From: the human T2T-CHM13v2.0 reference genome, Homo sapiens
DNA: 64,000 nucleotides
Strand: one strand, 5' to 3'
Assembly: GCF_009914755.1 (NCBI RefSeq)
Contig: NC_060927.1
Positions 1 to 17,518 of the stretch are shown here, piece by piece (positions within the stretch are counted from its first letter, which is position 1; each line of letters opens with the position of its first letter). The position numbers were made by a program, and so were the translations under genes. The notes under the pieces were generated by a model that did not search any database, was not told the DNA's origin, and was given only the letters and a program-made list of their open reading frames with translations.

Positions 1-1701
1 CAGAGCAGCAGGCATAGTGGCTGGGACTTTAGTCTTTAGAGTCAGATACAATTAGGTTCATTTCCCATCTAATCCTCTTATTAACTGAGCAATTTGGATG
101 TAAATGCCTTGAGAAACTGTTTTTGATCAGTAAATGGGGTTAATAACAGGCATCTCACTGTGTTGTAAAAATAGAAGACTATTTACCACTCAGCACAGTG
201 CCTTGCACAAAATATGAATGCTCAATAAAAGGCAGCCATTACATCAAAGCCAAAGAAGATTTGATCTCTAGCTAATGCCCTTCCCCTTTAAATGCCCTAA
301 GCTTCTCTTAACCCTCCATAGCTATTCTTGATCTCAAGTCAACTAAGCTCTTTCATTCTTTGATATCTTTCTGAGGGTGACAATTTTTTTGTCTTTCTTT
401 TAGAAACCACCAGTGTGATTCCTTATCTAACCAGCAGTGTTTGAGTAGGTGATTTATCTGGGTAACCATTCACTGAGGCTTGAGCCTTATTCATCTAAGT
501 CACAAACCTCACTTTGGTACTTTGCAAGATCCTGCATGGGAAACACAATCAGGTTTTCTGATTCTCTAATGGCAAGGTCCTGTATGTATCCAACCATCTA
601 CTCATCCAAGACATTTTTTATTTTGAAAGTTCTTAAAACAGGATAATCTCTCATTGTTCTTGTGTGTGTTTGAGGTAACTACACATGAAATAATCTCCCA
701 AAATCATCCTCTGTCTCAGAATTTATGTCTGAATGAAGAATGGAGAGTAGGCTTCTAGACAGATCTTCCAATTTATACATTGCTTTTCAGGACAATTAGA
801 ATCTCTCTACTTCTCTGTGCAGTGCATGAAAATTTCATATGGAAAACCAACAAATTAAACACAGTAGTTCATCCCTCTTGAGAATCTTTCCTGGGTAGAT
901 AAATGGATGGGTTGATGGGTTCTAGGTATCCTATGATGCGCCAGAGATATGAATTAATAGGACGTGCCCGTTAAAGAAGTATACAGTCTAGTCTCTAAGG
1001 AATGAGAAAGAGAAATACACTAACAATTACTTACAGCGTAGAGGAATCGGGGGGACAAGCATGAGACCCAACACAGCTAGGAAGTTTGAGTATTCTTCCT
1101 GAAACAGTGATGCTAAAGGTAGGATTTTTCAGAGGAGGGAGATTGTACCTCTCCCTAGAGGGAAAAAAATGGACCAGCTGAGGGAAAAATTTGCATGAGT
1201 GTGGAGACGTAAGACAAACATTTGATGAATCACTTGCTTTGATGTGCCTGAACATAAAGCGATGGAAGTAGTCACAGAAAATGAGGCTGCAGAGGCATGC
1301 AATTCCAACATTTTGAGGGATTTTGCATATTAAGAAGACCTTAAACTTTATTCTGAAAGATATTCAGAATTTCAGACAAAGTGGTAACATCAGCCTGACA
1401 TTTTAAATCTCTCTCTAAAAAGGGTGGAGAATGGATTAGAGGAAGACCTGGCTACAGTTAGGAGAGCCAAGAATTTAGGCAGGATGCAAGATGGGCCTGA
1501 AGGCAAGTAATGGGAATGGAAGAGGGAGGGGTACAGAAAGTAGACAGATTCTACTGTGGGCCTTGTAGCTGAGGGGTTTTGAGAAGTGAGGTAGTGGAAG
1601 GGTCTAGGATAATTCTCAGGTTTCTGGCATGGGTCTCAATGGTAGTAAAGGGTGATACTATTCCTTGATGAAAAGAAAATGAGACTGGAAGCATGATTTA
1701 G

Positions 1702-1980
<279 letters not shown>

Positions 1981-3640
1981 TAATATATGGCTCTGGTGTT
2001 CAGTTGAGTGGTTGGGACTTGAGAGCATGTATTTAGGAGTCATTGTGTAGAAGTGATATGTGAATTCATACGGGTGCCATTCAGGAAGAGGGGATAAAGT
2101 GAGAACAATAAGGCCAGAGGATGGAGCCCTGGGGCACACAGAATTTAAGAGGCAAATAGAATAAGGGGAGCCTTCAAAGGTTCATGAGAGGAGCCTAGAG
2201 AGGGACCAGGAAGACCATGGTTACTTGGTGTGACAGAAGTTAAGGGAAAAGTTTCAAAGAACACATGATCAAACTCAAAAAAGGTGAGGGCAAAAAAGTG
2301 TCAACTGGACTGAACATGAAAGTCAAAGGAGTTAGCTCCATGTAGTGGTGGAAGTGAAAGTTAGAAGGGAATGGGTTGAGAGCTATCTATGGAGGGTGAC
2401 AATATTGAGAATTTTCTTTAAAGATGAAGGAAGTGGGAGAGATAGGGTATTATGGAAAGATTCTTATCTTTGTTAGTAACCAATTTATTGTTCAACAATC
2501 CTTCCTATTAGGAAATTTTTTATGTCCAATGTATTGCTTTTTAAATTTTTTAAAAGATGAAAATGTTAATGTTACAATATTTTTGTTCTGAACGAAATAA
2601 ATTTGCAAGTGTCATGCTCATTACGCAAAGGCTGGTTTATTTACTTTTAAATTACAACAACCATGACGAAAAAATTGTGCAAATGATTTCAGCTCACTGG
2701 GGTTGGGATTATTTACAAATACCTGTAAACAGTTGTACCAAAAGAGATTTCTCTTTCCATATGTTTAGATATCCCAAAGGAAAAATCTGATTCCAAGTGT
2801 TAATAACAGAGGAAGGTAGTTGTGTCATCTCTGAATTGGTATTTTAAAATGTTCAGTCTAAAGTTGTTCCAATGAAACATGCCTTCTAGAATGTTGGAAG
2901 GACTTACTTCCATTATATCTGATAGCTTTTCCATATAGATAGGTGTTATATTTATCATCTGTTTAAGTTTTGCTATGTTCTTCAATAAGATCTTAAGGCT
3001 TTCTTTCTTTAGGTTTTGCATCTTTCTTGATAAATTTATTCTAAGCATTTTACAGTTTTTTTCTTCTTTTGGTAAGTGGGAATTTATTTACATTTACTTT
3101 TCTAACTTATCACTAGGAAAGAGAAAATTATTTCAGAATATTTATCTTATGCTACCTAAACATATCTTATGAACACTGTTTTAGTAAAGTTTCTTAAGCT
3201 TTCTAATATACATATCATATGATTTTCCAATAAAGATCATTTTGTCTTCCAAAAAATGTTTTCTACCAAAGCCAGTCCTTTCTACCAAAGGACAAGAAGG
3301 ATTATAGTTCAAGGCAAATGTCATTTGGAATGGCTTCTTTAAGTGTTAGGCATTTTAACAACATCTGTTCTTAGAGCAAAACAACCTGAAATCACTTTGG
3401 AAGAGAAAACTCACAAGGAAGCACAATTCTTTAGACAACATCTGGCATGAATTACTTTATTAATTTTCTTTTATTTACCAGTCTTTATTTGATGGTGGCA
3501 ATACTTTTTTCCAGAGCAAGGATCGATACAGCCATAACTCTTCTCTCGTCTGTGGTTCACTTTCCTCTTATAAGACAGAGGGTTTGAAGAAAAGTTGCTT
3601 TATGTTTTGCTATATTTGCAAACCCCTTGTTTTGTTTCAG

Positions 3641-3703
3641 GGGCCTCCAGGACCCGGAGGAGAGGCAGGGAATCAAGGCCGTTTGGGAAGCCAAGGAAAT
3701 AAA
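3641..3703 (+). CDS. COL6A6: Collagen VI alpha-6 triple-helix exon (GPPGPGGEAGNQGRLGSQGNK)
   Basis: tttcag|GGG...AAA|gtaggt; 63 nt, phase 0, Gly-X-Y repeat. Confidence 0.93.
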
Positions 3704-4394
3704 GTAGGTCACATTCTTTATACTCACCAAAGTTGAGGTTTTCTGCTCAAGAGAACTGTGTCTAATTGTATTAGCCAGGGCCCTTTCAACACAAACAAGA
3801 ACACATTTTCTGGTCCTTAAACCCTGGCTTGATTCTTAGAGAGCCAACAACCTCTAAGGACATGGGTGTGGACCTGGATGAAATCAGGGATTCCAGCTCA
3901 GTGTAATTTAAGAGGGGAGGGATACACCCTATTGGAGCTGAGGGATCTCAGGGAACAAGGGATATTCTGGGGCAGGCCTTCCTTTCTCTCTTCCAATCTC
4001 TCTTAATTTCCTCCCCCCGCCTACCCCCCCCTTTTTTTTTTTCCTTTCCTCCATTCACACAAACTTTTGGTAAGCACCTTTTAAGACCAAGGCACTGTAC
4101 TGAGCGTTCGGTTGGGCTGAAGAATCAGCTCCAGGAGAGACATCTTTGTTTTGGTCATTGATTCCATCCTCCATGCTTAGAACAGTGCCTGGCATGTAAT
4201 ATGTGATTAGTAAATATTGAATAAATGAATCTGTGGGTGGCATAATATATATGACATGAAACCAACCCCAAAGAATATTTTCATAACAATCTATGACATA
4301 AAATAAAGATAAGGGGCTAAAATGGAGTTTTAAATGGCATTATTAGAAGTATTTCTGGGATGCAAAAAGAGGCATCATAGAAAATACAGACTTT

Positions 4395-4697
<303 letters not shown>

Positions 4698-4883
4698 TTA
4701 AGCAGGACTTAGAAGATAAAAATTTTGGCAAGCAGAGAAGGGAATGGGGGGACTGTAATGAGAAAAAGCGGTGTGAAGGAAGGCACAAGGTTGGAAAATC
4801 CTGAGAGAAGAGGAGGTATCTAGGCATGAAAAATGATCCTGTCTGGCAGGCCAAAAACAACAAGAAAGCCTGTGGTGAATCTA

Positions 4884-5287
<404 letters not shown>

Positions 5288-6828
5288 AATATTATGAAGT
5301 CTGAGAGAATGAAAGCTAGGAGAACAGTTGGTACACTCTTATAGTCTCCAAGGCAAATAGTGATTAGGTGACTTAACGGGGTGAGGACTTAACTTGTGAT
5401 GATTCCATAGAACTCTTCCAATAGGGGACTGATGCAGAGAGGAGTGGGCTAGATGACTTGGGGGCTTCGTGTATGAGGGGTAACCCTATCACAGACATAG
5501 GAAAGTCATTAGGAAGAGTGGGTTTAAGAGGAAAGAAAATCACTTGGGGGATAGAGGAAAGGGTTTAGGTCTGGTTGGAGATGTAAATTTCAGAGTCATT
5601 TGGATTAAAAATAACTCTTGGTGATGCCTCTTTGTAAGAAGTCCAAGAGGAAACAAGACAATGAATTATTAGGAAGGAAGGAAAATCAACAAAAAAGCAC
5701 ACTGGATTTTGAGTAGAGTTCAAGAAGGGAGGTGAAGAGTACCAACTGGTAAAGAAAAGTTAAGGAGGGGAGGAGTGGAGAAGCCATGATATCTGGTGGC
5801 TAAGACATTCTAAAGAACAGTTTCAAAAGTGTAGCAATTGAGAGGAGAGAAAGGGAGACAGGACTGCAAAGGACCGAGAAATGTGCGAGGAGAAAATGGA
5901 TAAAAAGCTGTAAACTACTCTTTGGAAAACCTAGGCCTTTAAGGGGAAGAAGAAGACATTAACTACTCATACTGGCAAGGTCTAGGAAAGGTTGATGTGG
6001 GATATTGGTTTGTTTTTAATGACAGGAGAGACCAGCATGTTTATAATCAGAGGAGAAAGCCAGGGAGAAAAGAGGAGATTGAAAATGTAAGAAAGAGTAG
6101 ACAGAGTAGATGATTAACGGAGAAATTTGGCAAAGAGGATGAGCTTGAGGGCCTGAGAAAAGGGGTTAACTTTGTACTGAAGAATTGTTCAAGGCTGATA
6201 TGATGGAGTCCAGCAGTTGAATGTTGCAAAGACAGTTAATTGGAGGATGTAACAAGATAATGGGGATGACAAGAAGTCAACTGCAAAAGGAAGGGACTTC
6301 TATGGCATGTAGTGTAGCAATATATGGCATGTAATCGGGAAATCAAAGTTTGGAACAAAGACAATGCTGCCTTCTTGTCCCTGAAGAAGGCTCTAGGGGA
6401 AGTGGTGTCACTGGTAAAAATCAAGTTTATCTTACCAAGGATAGACATAGATAAAGGGACCCTAGAGTTGGATAGAGGTGGCCGTGGGGAAGTAGATAAA
6501 CAGGAGCAGGGCAGTTGTGCCTTAGAAGATCATTATTAATACAAAAGACTTGGTCAGGGGTCGGGGGCAGGTCAAGAATTTAGATGGCAAGTGCCCCAAA
6601 GAAAACCCAAATCCTCTGTATTGCCCCAGGGTGGACTGGGCACTCTAGACTCATGATTCACTGAGATAAACCTCAAACACTTACCCCTACCTTACTCCAG
6701 TAAGTTCACATTTCCAGGAGGCAAGCAACCTGGCAGTTAATCCTGGGCTTAACACTTGACTCTACCAATAACCAAGCATGTGGCCCTAGAAAAGCCATAT
6801 GACTTTCCTTGTTTCCTTACCATAAGGC

Positions 6829-6998
6829 AGATGTTCTTAAATTTTAGTGTGCATATGAATCAGCTGAGAAGCTTATGTAAAAGCACATATTGTTGGGTTC
6901 CACTTACCAGAGTCTAATCCAATGGGATCCAAGAATTTTCTTGACACATGAACCCTGGATGTGGCTGTGGTCCCCACAGCACACTTTGAGAACCGCTG
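6829..6998. mobile_element. MER5-like hAT MITE (another at ~45115-45256)
   Basis: gttcttaaatttt...cactttgagaaccgctg terminal inverted repeats. Confidence 0.6.
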
Positions 6999-7129
6999 TC
7001 CTAAAAGGCATCAAGGCAGATGATCTCCTGCTTCCCTTATATAGAATCCTATTCTTCGTTACCCCAGAGTTCAGTGCTGGTGGTCACTTGTCCATTTTCC
7101 CTTATGTTGGTTTTCTGTCCTTAAAAAAG

Positions 7130-7765
7130 ATGTGATGATTCCCCACCTTTTAAGTGTAGGTTGCACATACTTTCACACTTTCTTCCAAAGAGTACAGTAG
7201 AGAAGGGGAGGGAGATGGAGAGTAACTTGGCATTAGGGAAACTTGACTGCCATTATCTCAACCAGAAGATCAAGGTTAACATCAACACTGATGTCATGTT
7301 GATTGTATATACCCTTAATATGATGTGATGAGAATGGCCTTTTACCTGTGTAATGTTCCTCCCCCAAACCCATAAGCCCAGTCTAATCAGAAAAACAGCA
7401 ATGGGGGACTTTCTACAGACTGCCTGGCCAATACTTCTCAAAATGGTCAAGGTTATCAAAAAGTCTGAGAAACTGTCCCAGTCTAAAGGAGCCTACGGAG
7501 ACATACCATGTGGATCCTGGATGGGATCCTGGAACAGGAAAGGAATATCAGGTTAAAAAGAAAAAATCTGAATAAAGTATGGGCTTTAGTTAATAATAAT
7601 AAATCAGTATTGATTCGGTTGTGACAAATGTACCCTACAAATGCAACTAGTGTAATGTAATGTTAAAAATAGGGGCAAATTGATGTGGACATACAGGAAC
7701 TTTCCATATTATGTTCACAACATTTCTGTAAATTTAAAACTATTCCAAAATTAAAATTGTTACCT
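7130..7765 (+). mobile_element. Old L1M (L1MC-like) 3' end
   Basis: atctgaataaagtatgg...tgtgacaaatgtacc...ttctgtaaatttaaaactatt. Confidence 0.6.
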
Positions 7766-8304
7766 TTTTTTAAAAAGGAGTTAACTTTCCTCTGTAAACC
7801 TGTGTTGATTTCCCATGTAGCTGAACTTTCCTCAACATAATACTGAGATTGATTAATAACACACAGTAGATGTTCTACTAGTCAGAAGTTAGAAACTATT
7901 GCCAGGATATCATGCTCCCTTGGTTAACTTGATTCTCCCTCAGAATATTAAAACTAGATTAATCAATCTGCCATCTTTGCAGAGGCCAGATGATTTGCAT
8001 GAATCATCCTGGAAACGATTTTGTTAATTTTTTTAAAACAGTATAGAGCTTTTCTCTTGACTCATTTTCATGGCATTGAGCTGCTAAGATGGCAACTTGC
8101 CCTAAACAATAAATCATGCTTGCTGAGGCTTCACTGATCAATGGAGGACACCTCCCTGGCCAACAACAGCAGTTCCTCTTGTATCACTTGCACGACACAC
8201 AGTTCTGGGCACAAACCCATTGTTGTGTGTGATCCACACAGATGAGCTGAATTAGTGCCATCATTTCCAATTTCCAACCTAAAAACAATCTTTCTGTTTA
8301 ACAG

Positions 8305-8367
8305 GGAGAACCTGGAGATCTGGGAGAAAAAGGAGCTGTTGGCTTTCCTGGTCCTCGTGGCTTGCAG
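8305..8367 (+). CDS. COL6A6: Triple-helix exon (GEPGDLGEKGAVGFPGPRGLQ)
   Basis: aacag|GGA...CAG|gtttgt; 63 nt Gly-X-Y. Confidence 0.93.
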
Positions 8368-9138
8368 GTTTGTATTTTGACACTAGTTTTGATCGGATTC
8401 TTGGAATCTTTTAGTTCAGTAGACATCTGGTGTGGTTCTCTGAAGAGAGTTTTAAGGATACAATCCTCATGAAGTTTTATAGTTTTATAGAAATTAGGAG
8501 GGATATTGTCTTCATCTTAGTTCCTTGGCCAGCTTTCCCAAGGTGGCAATTCCCCAGGTGCCAAACATCATGGCCAGAATGCTTTTGAAGCCAAATAGTA
8601 AAATGAACAAAACTTGTCTTCAGCAATCCCGTAACCCTTTTTCCAGCCTTTCCTTTTATCAGAGCCTCTTCGTCAGAAACCCATTCCATCCTTCCCCCAC
8701 TGCTCAGGGTTTCTACAAGGGTCAGACAGTAGCCAATACTGGGGCATTTACTAGTTGTTTTTGTCTAGCAAACTGAAAATGGTATTAAAATAGAAGTGTT
8801 ATCAGGGAGAGGTAATACTATTATCTCCTCTTATTGAAAGATTATTATATGCCTGATTTTTTGTTCATTTAATCCTCATGACAACCCATGAGTAGGTATA
8901 ATTATTATTCCCAGCTTACAGATGGGAATACCTAGGGACAGTGCATTGTCTGTATCTGTTACTAACAATTGCCTTTAGTACTACTATCATAAAATGTTGG
9001 TGGCCTGCCCTAGAAGGAGGATCCTGTGTCCTGCTTTTCCTTTATCAAACCAAAAAGCTGGCAATGTTGTCCTCTTGAAGAATAAGCCTGTCTCTATCTG
9101 TAGTCTGGGATGTTGGTAATCAATTGCTCTGTTTACAG

Positions 9139-9189
9139 GGCAATGATGGCAGTCCAGGTTATGGTAGTGTCGGACGCAAGGGAGCAAAG
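9139..9189 (+). CDS. COL6A6: Triple-helix exon with imperfection (GNDGSPGYGSVGRKGAK)
   Basis: ttacag|GGC...AAG|gtaagt; 51 nt. Confidence 0.92.
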
Positions 9190-10542
9190 GTAAGTCAAGT
9201 CTGCTGGAAGCTGGACGTTTTCCATTTATTTTTTGTTGCTGGTTTTGTTTGCCACATTTAAGAGAAAAAGGGAAGCAGGGAATAAGGCAATCTTGGACAG
9301 TTAGAAATATATTTCAGTAATTTATTTGCTGCTATCCCATGAGGAATGTGATAGAAAAGAATGTGATGGTTTAAGGTGCAGGCAACAAGTGAAACTTGAA
9401 AATAAATTTTCTGTTTTCTGCAGTGATATGCGGCCCTAGTCTGACTTGTTCCAGCCTGAACAGTGCATGTAATCTTAGCCACTCCAGGCTCAAGTTTACT
9501 CAGGGAAGCATTCCAAAATCAGTCCTCTTATTATTATGTTTGATTTAGCCAGTAATGAGAGGTTGTGCAGGAGTTTTCTAAATGTACTGGCCCAAGCAAT
9601 AACTTAAAAATAAAACTGTATATCAGAAGAGTAATTTGATATTGTCACTGAATATTTAGGTGGCTGGAACTGAGGGATAAGTTTACCAAGACCAGTGATT
9701 TCTGTATACTAGCAATCACCACTAAGAAGTCAGAATGAAAAAGATCCCACCATAATTACAAAATACAAAAAACATAATATAGTTAAGGATATCATGTCTG
9801 CAAAATGTTTGAGACCTGTAACAGTGAATTGCTGAGACAGAAAAGAGAACTTCAATAAATGGAGAGGCATTCCAAGATCTTGTTGGAAAGTCTAAAATAT
9901 TGAAGGATGAACATAATTCCAAGTGAAATCCCAACGGGAATAATGCAAGAGGCCATCTGGAAGAATAAAGGACCAAAAACTAGAACTATTTGAAAAATAA
10001 AACTAATGAATGAGGGATTTCCAGTGAAATGTTCATTAGAACAGAGAACAGTTAATATTCCATAATATAATCCCTTAACATCTTACAAGAAGGGAAATAT
10101 TAAGTAGCCTATGGCATTGGAACATTAGCCACCCTATAAAATGAATGTATATGAAGTTTATAATTATGTAAATAAATTTTTATGTGACACTTTCAAGTAA
10201 AAATTTAGAATATACTCAGAAAAACATTTATCCCAATTGTGTTACATTGCATTTTTAAAAGCTAAAAGGAAATAACAAAATGTATATAATCTTTCTGGGC
10301 AGTAAGATTTTGGTGATTTTTCTTCTTTCTATTTTTTGATTTTATACATGTTTGAGGATTTATTATAATCAGGAAATGAGCTTTATTTTAAATTAATTAT
10401 ATACTTTTTTATCCAGTAGGGATTATTATATCTCTTCAATTATAGTCTTTGAACAAAGTAAGGTAAACAGAGGACCCTAAAATGAATGATCAAGTTTAGA
10501 CTCTCCATAGGCTTTCCAAATTTCTCCAATGAAATCCATTTT

Positions 10543-10553
10543 AAGATCGTGTC
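10543..10553 (+). repeat. L1 5' target-site duplication AAGATCGTGTC (3' copy 16085-16095)
   Basis: Exact 11-bp direct repeat; TT|AAGA matches the L1 endonuclease site. Confidence 0.95.
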
Positions 10554-10759
10554 GAAGATGGCCGAATAGGAACAGCTCCGGTCTACAGCTCCCTGCGTGA
10601 GCGACGCAGAAGACGGTGATTTCTGCATTTCCATCTGAGACCTGCAGCTGAGGGTCCTGTCTGTTAGAAGGAAAACTAACAACCAGAAAGGACATCTACA
10701 CCGAAAACCCATCTGTACATCACCATCATCAAAGACCAAAAGTAGATAAAACCACAAAG

Positions 10760-11776
10760 ATGGGGAAAAAACAGAACAGAAAAACTGGAAACTCTAAAAC
10801 ACAGAGCGCCTCTCCTCCTCCAAAGGAACGCAGTTCCTCACCAGCAACAGAACAAAGCTGGATGGAGAATGATTTTGACGAGCTGAGAGAAGAAGGCTTC
10901 AGACGATCAAATTACTCTGAGCTACGGGAGGACATTCAAACCAAAGGCAAAGAAGTTGAAAACTTTGAAAAAAATTTAGAAGAATGTATAACTAGAATAA
11001 CCAATACAGAGAAGTGCTTAAAGGAGCTGATGGAGCTGAAAACCAAGGCTCGAGAACTACGTGAAGAATGCAGAAGCCTCAGGAGCCGATGCGATCAACT
11101 GGAAGAAAGGGTATCAGCAATGGAAGATGAAATGAATGAAATGAAGCGAGAAGGGAAGTTTAGAGAAAAAAGAATAAAAAGAAATGAGCAAAGCCTCCAA
11201 GAAATATGGGACTATGTGAAAAGACCAAATCTACGTCTGATTGGTGTACCTGAAAGTGATGTGGAGAATGGAACCAAGTTGGAAAACACTCTGCAGGATA
11301 TTATCCAGGAGAACTTCCCCAATCTAGCAAGGCAGGCCAACGTTCAGATTCAGGAAATACAGAGAACGCCACAAAGATACTCCTCGAGAAGAGCAACTCC
11401 AAGACACATAATTGTCAGATTCACCAAAGTTGAAATGAAGGAAAAAATGTTAAGGGCAGCCAGAGAGAAAGGTCGGGTTACCCTCAAAGGAAAGCCCATC
11501 AGACTAACAGCGGATCTCTCGGCAGAAACCCTACAAGCCAGAAGAGAGTGGGGGCCAATATTCAACATTCTTAAAGAAAAGAATTTTCAACCCAGAATTT
11601 CATATCCAGCCAAACTAAGCTTCATAAGTGAAGGAGAAATAAAATACTTTATAGACAAGCAAATGTTGAGAGATTTTGTCACCACCACGCCTGCCCTAAA
11701 AGAGCTCCTGAAGGAAGCACTAAACATGGAAAGGAACAACCGGTACCAGCCGCTGCAAAATCATGCCAAAATGTAA
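10760..11776 (+). CDS. ORF1: LINE-1 ORF1p (338 aa RNA-binding protein)
   Basis: Full-length MGKKQNRK...NHAKM with REKG, ARR and YPAKLS motifs intact. Confidence 0.97.
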   Translation: MGKKQNRKTGNSKTQSASPPPKERSSSPATEQSWMENDFDELREEGFRRSNYSELREDIQTKGKEVENFEKNLEECITRITNTEKCLKELMELKTKARELREECRSLRSRCDQLEERVSAMEDEMNEMKREGKFREKRIKRNEQSLQEIWDYVKRPNLRLIGVPESDVENGTKLENTLQDIIQENFPNLARQANVQIQEIQRTPQRYSSRRATPRHIIVRFTKVEMKEKMLRAAREKGRVTLKGKPIRLTADLSAETLQARREWGPIFNILKEKNFQPRISYPAKLSFISEGEIKYFIDKQMLRDFVTTTPALKELLKEALNMERNNRYQPLQNHAKM

Positions 11777-11815
11777 AGACCATCGAGACTAGGAAGAAAC
11801 TGCATCAACTAATGA

Positions 11816-15667
<3,852 letters not shown>

Positions 15668-15897
15668 ACAATGAGATCACATGGACACAGGAAGGGGAAT
15701 ATCACACTCTGGGGACTGTGGTGGGGTCGGGGGAGGGGGGAGGGATAGCATTGGGAGATATACCTAATGCTAGATGACACATTAGTGGGTGCAGCGCACC
15801 AGCATGGCACATGTATACATATGTAACTAACCTGCACAATGTGCACATGTACCCTAAAACTTAGAGTATAATAAAAAAAAAAAAAAAAAAAAAAAAA

Positions 15898-16033
15898 TGC
15901 CAGTTACATTCTAAATCCCTGTAGCAGCATTTCAGGGAAACAGTTTGTCAATATTACTTTCCTTTGTCAAATCCGTGAAATAGCAGTTGATTTCTTAAAA
16001 TAAATCTCAAGCTATAAAATGTTAAAAAAAAAA

Positions 16034-16064
<31 letters not shown>

Positions 16065-16086
16065 AAAAAAAAAAAAAAAAAAAAAA
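15898..16086 (+). mobile_element. L1 3' transduction (126 bp) plus second poly(A) tail
   Basis: Non-L1 sequence 15898-16023 between two A tails and inside the TSDs; AATAAA at 15999-16004, 19 nt before tail 2. Confidence 0.92.
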
Positions 16087-16409
16087 GATCGTGTCAGAGA
16101 CACATGGCCAAATGACCACCTATGCGGTTATATGCATACAAAAGAAGGAAAGCCGAATTGTAACTCTTCAGATGTATACTTTTAGCCACCTAGGTAGTTA
16201 TGATATGTTGATGAAACCCTTAAATACTTTAACTTATAATTTAGTTTGTTTCTCAAATACTGCTATTTCACTTCCAGATTTCAATTGTTTTGGCCCTTCC
16301 TTAATTCAGAGGTACCAAAACTACACAGGGCAGCAGGTAAATTGAAAATCAATGTAGACTTCATTGGGTGATGTGTGCCTGTATAAATCTTTCCTCCTGT
16401 CCATTACAG

Positions 16410-16445
16410 GGACAAGAAGGATTCCCTGGAGAAAGTGGACCTAAG
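16410..16445 (+). CDS. COL6A6: Triple-helix exon (GQEGFPGESGPK)
   Basis: ttacag|GGA...AAG|gtaccg; 36 nt. Confidence 0.92.
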
Positions 16446-16688
16446 GTACCGTGTGCTTCCTAGTAACTAGAGATCAGTCAGAAATACTCCTGGGGTTTAT
16501 GAAATGTATCCTAGGCCAGTAGAAGAACAGTTAATGATAAATAAATGTCCTACCTTTGTGCGGAGAAGGAGGGAAGAAAGAAATAGACCAATATTTTTTC
16601 AATTTTTAAGATTATACATTTGTTTAGGAGTGTAAGGCTTAAAAAGTATTTCTAGTTTTTTAATTAGTATGAGAAGATAGAAAACTTA

Positions 16689-17072
<384 letters not shown>

Positions 17073-17518
17073 GAAAGAAAAGTGTAATGTAAAGAAAATA
17101 AGAGTTATTTGATTTTACCTGTCTCAGTTTTCCCAATATGTTTATAAATCATCTTTAGATAACTAGTTAGCAATGACATCTTCTACCTTGGAGATACCAC
17201 TTTTTCTAGAAACCCTTACTGAACTCAGTAAATGCCAGGTCCTATGATAGAGTCAGAGGATAAAATAAAGAACAAAGTTCATTTCTCCAAAGAGCCAGTG
17301 TTCTCACTGGGGAGACAGCAGAGTGAAACAATGCTGACGCAGTGTGCTATGTAGAGAGTTACACAAATGGAAACACACACACTCACACTCTTCAAAGATG
17401 ACTGTTAAAAATGCATACGAAAAATGTCTTCATGTTAGAATCAGTTTAAAGATGCAAATATGTTACATATGTATATGTTTGATTTTAATAACTATTTTAC
17501 TTTAATAAATGTATTTAG

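Noticed and set aside
10440-10757. Antisense ORFs across the L1 5' junction as a possible ORF0
   Set aside because: ORF0 and the antisense promoter lie in the spliced-out interval; these are chance frames.
15873-15910. End of the L1 insertion at the first poly(A)
   Set aside because: No match to the 5' flank there; the TSD appears only at 16085-16095.
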